From Bugula neritina (lineage: Eukaryota; Animalia; Bryozoa), in contig OZ037769.1 of NCBI GenBank assembly GCA_964035545.1, forward strand, positions 8,289,929 through 8,353,928: a DNA stretch of 64,000 nucleotides, given 5' to 3'. Numbering within the stretch: the stretch's first letter is position 1; the number at the start of each line of letters is the position of its first letter. Position numbers and translations under genes: made by a program. Under the pieces are notes generated by a model. That model did not search any database. It was not told the DNA's origin and was given only the letters and a program-made list of their open reading frames with translations. This document shows positions 62,101 through 64,000 of this stretch, in pieces.

Positions 62101-63773
62101 CTGGGTTAGAGCACTTGTTACCATCAAATGTCAAGTACCAGTGGTGACAAAAGTCAGCTCTATTATTATGTCCTCTGACAGCCATGTGGATAATAACTCT
62201 CAGTCCTGATTCAGCCCTAGACTTTGGATATGTGGCTATCTGAAAATATTATTAACATAATCTGACTAACAGCTTCTTAAATCTTATAAGTCAACACAAA
62301 CCTAGTTTTGTATAAATAAAGAAATATATAATATATTATATATTGACACAATTGCTGTAAATATAAATTTATTTCAGTTACTTTTTAAAAACAACAACTG
62401 GATGTTTTCAACAGAATTGTGCATTAAACCTAATACAGTTGCTCAGTACAAACTATTGCTATAGTATATTTTTACAATTGTACATCTTACCATTATGATG
62501 CCTTCATCTTTGATATCTTGAAGATCTGTAGACCAATAATGTCTGATGTTTGTGTATTCATTTTTCAACCCACATTCAGTTGATTCCTCACCTGCTGTAG
62601 AATTATTCTCAAGTATAATTACTAGAATCAAGATGGTTGTAAAATAGACCTAATGTTATCTTACATAAATGCAATCTAACTTAGTGATTGTGCTTTTTTC
62701 AAACATAGAAATTTAACTATAACTATAATCTATAATTATTGCTATATGAAACGGGAATATATATACACTGTTGTTTTAATATTGTTACTTCGGTTTTGTG
62801 TACAGGCATAGCTAGACTGCTATGATATGTAAGATCTTGAATCACAGTGAATTTTACCATTGCAAAAAGAGTGAGAGATTAAAAAGCCTTAATTATTTTC
62901 AGGAGAACATATTTCTACTTTATTCATAAAATAGTGTGAGTTAATTGAATGCATCGATGCTTTGTTAAAGCACAATTATTTCATAGGTCCCTGTAATATT
63001 GTATTGTGGTTAAACATGAGAATTCACCTACCTAAGCAAATCGGGTTTTCCAAGACAGTCTCTCCACATCCAACCATACAGATTTCTAAATTTGAACAAT
63101 TTCTACCACTGCAGTTTGTCAGCTATCAAACAGAAAAATAGACAAATATTTATGTACATCACAATTGACAAATATATTCAATCAGTATATTAAATCAGTA
63201 AACTAAAAATATACTTTGTGTTTAATATTTCTAAATATAACAATTATTTATAATTTATATTTGCATGCATGTTAGCAGTAGCCCACAATAAAGGACTGAA
63301 TATAGAAAAAAGTATTACAAAATATGTTTAATTACTGGCATACAGTCTTTAAATCATACAAACAAGATAAAATAATAAATTTATAAAAATACTTTTAATA
63401 TGTTTTATTATGCTGGTTTGATTTTAATTAATGTTTAAAAACTGCATAAATCAACAAGCTAAAAGATTATTTGAAATGTAGTCTGTATACTCACTACACT
63501 ACAGTTGTTCCCAATAAATTAGTAGTATAGCAGTATTTTACCCCGAAAAAGGTACCAAATAATTTTAATAAAACGAAATACAATCTAATATAAAAGTTTA
63601 AAGGCACCATCACCTCTGGAATTATTGAGGGAAATTTAGCTTATTTAAATTTGAGTGGGGTTTAAAGCTTACCTCCCCTGTTGCCATTAGCTCCATGAAA
63701 TATCCGTCAACGGAACCATTTTTAGAAGATAAATTCAAAGTAGAAGTTGACCCATTCAATTCATAACACATTC
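56168..63773 (-). CDS. 3' portion of a gene with at least 3 tandem CTHRC1 C-terminal-like domains; exons 63773-63673, 63122-63032, 62621-62491, 62239-62041, 61738-61583, 60905-60793, 59970-59864, 58947-58838, 57907-57737 (donor uncertain), 56986-56782, 56689-56592, 56355-56168; 5' end outside the window
   Basis: Twelve GT-AG exons with compatible phases, ~556 aa open. Each domain shows Y.K....LR...C..W.....EC...I/L...H....GIC/GTC...VG.C...D/T..G(W/F).S, as in the CTHRC1 C-terminal domain. AATAAA on the minus strand near 56098. Confidence 0.85.
60198..60392 (+). mobile_element. Degenerate tRNA-derived SINE in an intron
   Basis: B-box-like ggttcagatc, then ttggtgctgccagaaaaggcat...gatgacttta, related to the 42730-42944 family. 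Confidence 0.5.
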
Positions 63774-64000
63774 CTAAAACAGCTATGATGTGTCATAATT
63801 ATAGATATGAAATCACCAAACAAATATTTTAGGTGCATCATAAAGATGCATAATTAACCTGATTTCTTAATTGCTAGTGAAAAAGAAATTGAAATAAAAG
63901 TATCGCATTAGCATTATTCTCATTTGTTTATTTACTATAATTATTTTAAGCTACACTTTAAAATATTTTGTTAAGTGCTACATATTTTATTAAATGAATC

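Noticed and set aside
63490-63590. Extra exon of the CTHRC1-like gene (GTGAGT donor-like site)
   Set aside because: The frame required by the neighbouring exons contains a stop.

Overview
AT-rich, intron-containing DNA from a metazoan, probably an invertebrate (taxon not determinable from sequence alone). Host genes: (i) a tandem family of 5-exon genes for a secreted signal peptide-PAN/apple-PAN/apple-F-type lectin protein. Two copies are intact (8683-11191, 49581-52165) and lie in a ~12 kb segmental duplication (about 1.5-17.9 kb vs 43.0-54.9 kb); a third, more diverged copy is truncated after exon 2 (32780-34158). (ii) The 3' part of a minus-strand gene with at least three tandem CTHRC1 C-terminal-like domains (12 exons, 63773-56168). 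Most of the rest is mobile DNA: a young full-length Mag-type Gypsy element, a CR1-group LINE fragment, Academ derivatives carrying an RTE fragment, hAT/Harbinger/other MITEs, tRNA-derived SINEs, Penelope fragments and long (TA)n tracts. Three observations stand out. First, an internally deleted Gypsy element has, in the env position and behind a splice acceptor, a third ORF for a C2H2 zinc-finger plus coiled-coil protein. Second, a 272-bp structured tandem repeat carries type I hammerhead ribozymes (retrozyme-like) and is inserted in (TA)n; a dispersed monomer of it has its 5' end exactly at the ribozyme cleavage site. Third, two minimal Penelope-type hammerheads are present. All coordinates were read by eye and no database searches were run.
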